Positions 61,607 through 64,000 of a DNA stretch of 64,000 bases are shown in pieces. This stretch comes from a virus. Its lineage: Duplodnaviria > Caudoviricetes. The position numbers and the translations under genes were made by a program. The stretch spans positions 1 through 64,000 of IMG/VR virus record IMGVR_UViG_3300020049_008034; one strand, written 5' to 3'. Positions within the stretch are counted from its first letter, which is position 1, and every line of letters begins with the position of its first letter. The notes below the pieces were generated by a model that did no database searches, had not been told where the DNA came from, and saw only the letters and a list, made by a program, of their open reading frames with translations.

Positions 61607-64000
61607 TTAGTTGCTGTAACGATATTTGTAAACCCCACTGCGAAGCCCCGCCCGTATATGTATACCATCGCCAGCAGCAGGGTAGTAATTAGTCACAAGC
61701 CCGTTTGTGCTGTCCACCGCGTTATTTGTTCCGAATACAATCTTGTTATCAAATCCGGCTGGTTCATCTACGGAGTGAATCAGGTATTCGACCTGCATTA
61801 GGTTTGCGTCTGGAGTGTGTAATGTCAACTCACTATCGCTTCCCGCCGCGCCCGTTGTGGTCATCCAGAAAATTACCCGGTTGTAACGGCGTGCTATCTG
61901 TGCTGTCGTTATGGCTGCGGAAAAGTCGTAATCCGCGTCCGTGACGTAGATGGTGGTATCTCGCTTTTGCTCTACATTCAATACCGTTCCGTCCGTTGCA
62001 AAGCCAGTAAGCGTCGAAAATGTTTTACCTAGGGCTGCTGCGGTTTTTGTGTTTGTACCGTATTTTGAAAAATCAATAGTCCCATTTTTTCGGATCACAA
62101 AAAGGTTTGTCCCTGCATCCTCCACACTCAAGAACTTACCCGTTGCTACACCAAGTCCGTTCACGTTGTTGAACCTGAAATGTGTTGTATCAATACTTGT
62201 TGAACCAGCCGAAGTAAACCACAGTGATTTCGGGATTGTATTTGTTTTAGTCCCAAGTCGAATAAACGCCCAACTTGACCCTGGCACAATAGCCGTATCA
62301 AGAGAAGCTGATAAGTAATTTTCCGTAAAAGATGTTTTTGGGTCTAAAATGTAATGTTGCGATACATATCTTTCTCTTTCTGCATTGCGATATATTTCAT
62401 AGGCAGATTCAAAATTTAACCCACTACCAAGTAGGTTAGAAAGGTATAGCCCGCCTAGCCATCCTGAACTAGATTGAGAAGACATTGAGTAATATGCGCC
62501 TTGATTTGCGGCATAGGTTGTTTTTCTTGAAATAATCCCATTGCCCACAACTAGATTTCCATTATAAATCCAATCGCCATTTGTGATATTATTATAGGGT
62601 TGTCGAATTGTTTTTGAGCCAGAGGAAGTAATTGATCCACCAAAAAAAGCAGACACAAACATTCCCTCTTCGTATATAATCGTTCTACCACCACCGCCAA
62701 CTCTGATTGTCCATGTAATGCCGTCGGGGCTAGTGGCTACACCACCCGCATTATCACACGCAACAAATAGCCCGTTTCCAAAAGTGACATCGTACCATGT
62801 GCCACTAGCCAGTGTTCGTATTGTCCATGTTGTAGCGTCGGGCGAAGTCATCACTCTGTTAGTGCCATCTGAGGAAACGGCTACAAATAGGTTATTTGCG
62901 AATGTAACCCCCCTCCATTGATTTGCCGCTGCTGCTGTTCGACCAGTCCATGTTATCCCATCAGGACTAGTCATTACTCGGTCGGTTCCTCCGTAAGCAA
63001 CCGCGACGTACAGCCCGTTTGCGTAAATAACCCTGTGCCAATTACTAGATACTGCACTTCTTGCAGTCCATGTTATCCCATCAGGACTAGTCATTACTCG
63101 GTTAGTTCCGTTGTCTGAAACGGCCACAAATTGATTGTTTCCGTATGTTACATTAAGCCACTGATTCGCTTCGGCTGCACTTCTTGCAGTCCAGGTTATA
63201 CCGTCGTTTGATGTAGCAACTCGGTTAGTGCCATTATAAGAAACAGCTACGAATATGCCATTCCCATACGCCACGCTAGACCACTGGTTTGCAGCGGGCG
63301 CGGTTCGTTCCATCCAGCTTCTACCGTCTGTCGAGGTAAATATTTTCCCATTAAATGAACACGCCACAAAACGATTATTGCCGTAACAAATTCCGATTAA
63401 TGAAGGTGAGCCAGTAATCGCCGTGGTATTCCAGGTTATCCCAGTGGATGAAAGTAGTTCGGAATTGGTTATTGCAAGACCATTTCCTGTTGCTGTGGAA
63501 CCTAAATCTCCGTCATTGTCCGCTCCAACTAGACGAATGGGAGCATCGGTTGTTAGGTCGGTAATTCTTACTTCACCTGTAACATCAATAGTTCTCTGTG
63601 GGTTAGTGTTCCCAAATCCAGTCCTTCCGGTTGGGGCAAGATACATCCAGTTGTTCCCAAACGCGATAGGGTATGTATTTCCATTTGTTGTAAAATCTAC
63701 TCGCTCAAGACCGTTTCTCCAATACAATCCCCCCGTTTTTGTTGCACTCTCACCTACCTCCATGCCGTAGTAATCGGAATCTTTTATCAGCCCAAGCCCT
63801 ACCGTTTGCGTTCCAGATACTTGTAAATCCCAACGAGTACTTGCAAGGTCAGCCCCATAGAAAGTATAGGCACTACCACGCTGCCAAGGGGTAAAAATTT
63901 CATCCCAAGCAGAGCCGTTGTAAAATTCTGGATAATTGTTAGATGTATTGAATCCCGTGTACCCCGTCGTACCCGCAGGTCTGCCCGCTGTTGTCCACTG
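61607..64000 (-). CDS. Tail fibre / receptor-binding protein with about 40-aa beta-propeller-like repeats (5' truncated)
   Basis: Frame is open to the window edge (QWTTAGRPAG...DYYGM); repeats W..V.YGN..FVAVS..GT.RVMTS.DGITWT. Confidence 0.75.
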   Translation of the reverse strand, partial: QWTTAGRPAGTTGYTGFNTSNNYPEFYNGSAWDEIFTPWQRGSAYTFYGADLASTRWDLQVSGTQTVGLGLIKDSDYYGMEVGESATKTGGLYWRNGLERVDFTTNGNTYPIAFGNNWMYLAPTGRTGFGNTNPQRTIDVTGEVRITDLTTDAPIRLVGADNDGDLGSTATGNGLAITNSELLSSTGITWNTTAITGSPSLIGICYGNNRFVACSFNGKIFTSTDGRSWMERTAPAANQWSSVAYGNGIFVAVSYNGTNRVATSNDGITWTARSAAEANQWLNVTYGNNQFVAVSDNGTNRVMTSPDGITWTARSAVSSNWHRVIYANGLYVAVAYGGTDRVMTSPDGITWTGRTAAAANQWRGVTFANNLFVAVSSDGTNRVMTSPDATTWTIRTLASGTWYDVTFGNGLFVACDNAGGVATSPDGITWTIRVGGGGRTIIYEEGMFVSAFFGGSITSSGSKTIRQPYNNITNGDWIYNGNLVVGNGIISRKTTYAANQGAYYSMSSQSSSGWLGGLYLSNLLGSGLNFESAYEIYRNAERERYVSQHYILDPKTSFTENYLSASLDTAIVPGSSWAFIRLGTKTNTIPKSLWFTSAGSTSIDTTHFRFNNVNGLGVATGKFLSVEDAGTNLFVIRKNGTIDFSKYGTNTKTAAALGKTFSTLTGFATDGTVLNVEQKRDTTIYVTDADYDFSAAITTAQIARRYNRVIFWMTTTGAAGSDSELTLHTPDANLMQVEYLIHSVDEPAGFDNKIVFGTNNAVDSTNGLVTNYYPAAGDGIHIRAGLRSGVYKYRYSN

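Noticed and set aside
33138-63770. Numerous plus-strand ORFs antisense to the virion genes
   Set aside because: Fully nested opposite long, motif-bearing genes; expected shadow ORFs.
1-64000. Stop-codon reassignment
   Set aside because: Standard-code ORFs tile the window densely, TAG and TGA end well-coupled genes, and no suppressor tRNA is seen.
61607-64000. Diversity-generating retroelement acting on the tail fibre
   Set aside because: No reverse transcriptase in the window, and the duplicated segments are in-frame protein repeats without adenine-specific differences.

Overview
64 kb of a dsDNA bacteriophage, very likely a short-tailed phage of a Bacteroidota host: TTG-N19-21-TAnnTTTG promoters, A-rich translation starts without Shine-Dalgarno sequences, signal peptides ending in Gln, standard genetic code. 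Layout: two leftward genes; a divergent non-coding region (0.7-1.65 kb); a plus-strand early region of small ORFs (1.65-11.3 kb); a tandem-wHTH initiator-like gene with 23-bp iterons (11.4-12.5 kb); a non-coding RNA island with tRNA-Met and several tRNA-like or structured RNAs (14.8-15.55 kb); a plus-strand replication/recombination block (antirepressor, DnaB, DnaG, tyrosine recombinase, HNH, RusA) converging at about 26.4 kb with a minus-strand block (SF2 helicase, HAD, SSB-like, exonuclease); and a minus-strand virion block (giant ejection-type protein, solo TnpB, tail, capsid, scaffold, portal, terminase, LAGLIDADG endonuclease, phosphoesterase, truncated tail fibre). The most striking unexplained signal is the asymmetric motif YCATCCGGG (often TTCATCCGGG). 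I counted 67 copies of the core CATCCGGG by eye, against about 2 expected. It follows stop codons in the early region, overlaps promoters, brackets each RNA of the ncRNA island in alternating orientation, and sits in coding sequence in several frames. The early region also holds two well-formed type III hammerhead ribozymes and a tRNA-like T-loop minihelix at gene junctions. All counts, folds and family calls are manual; no searches were run.
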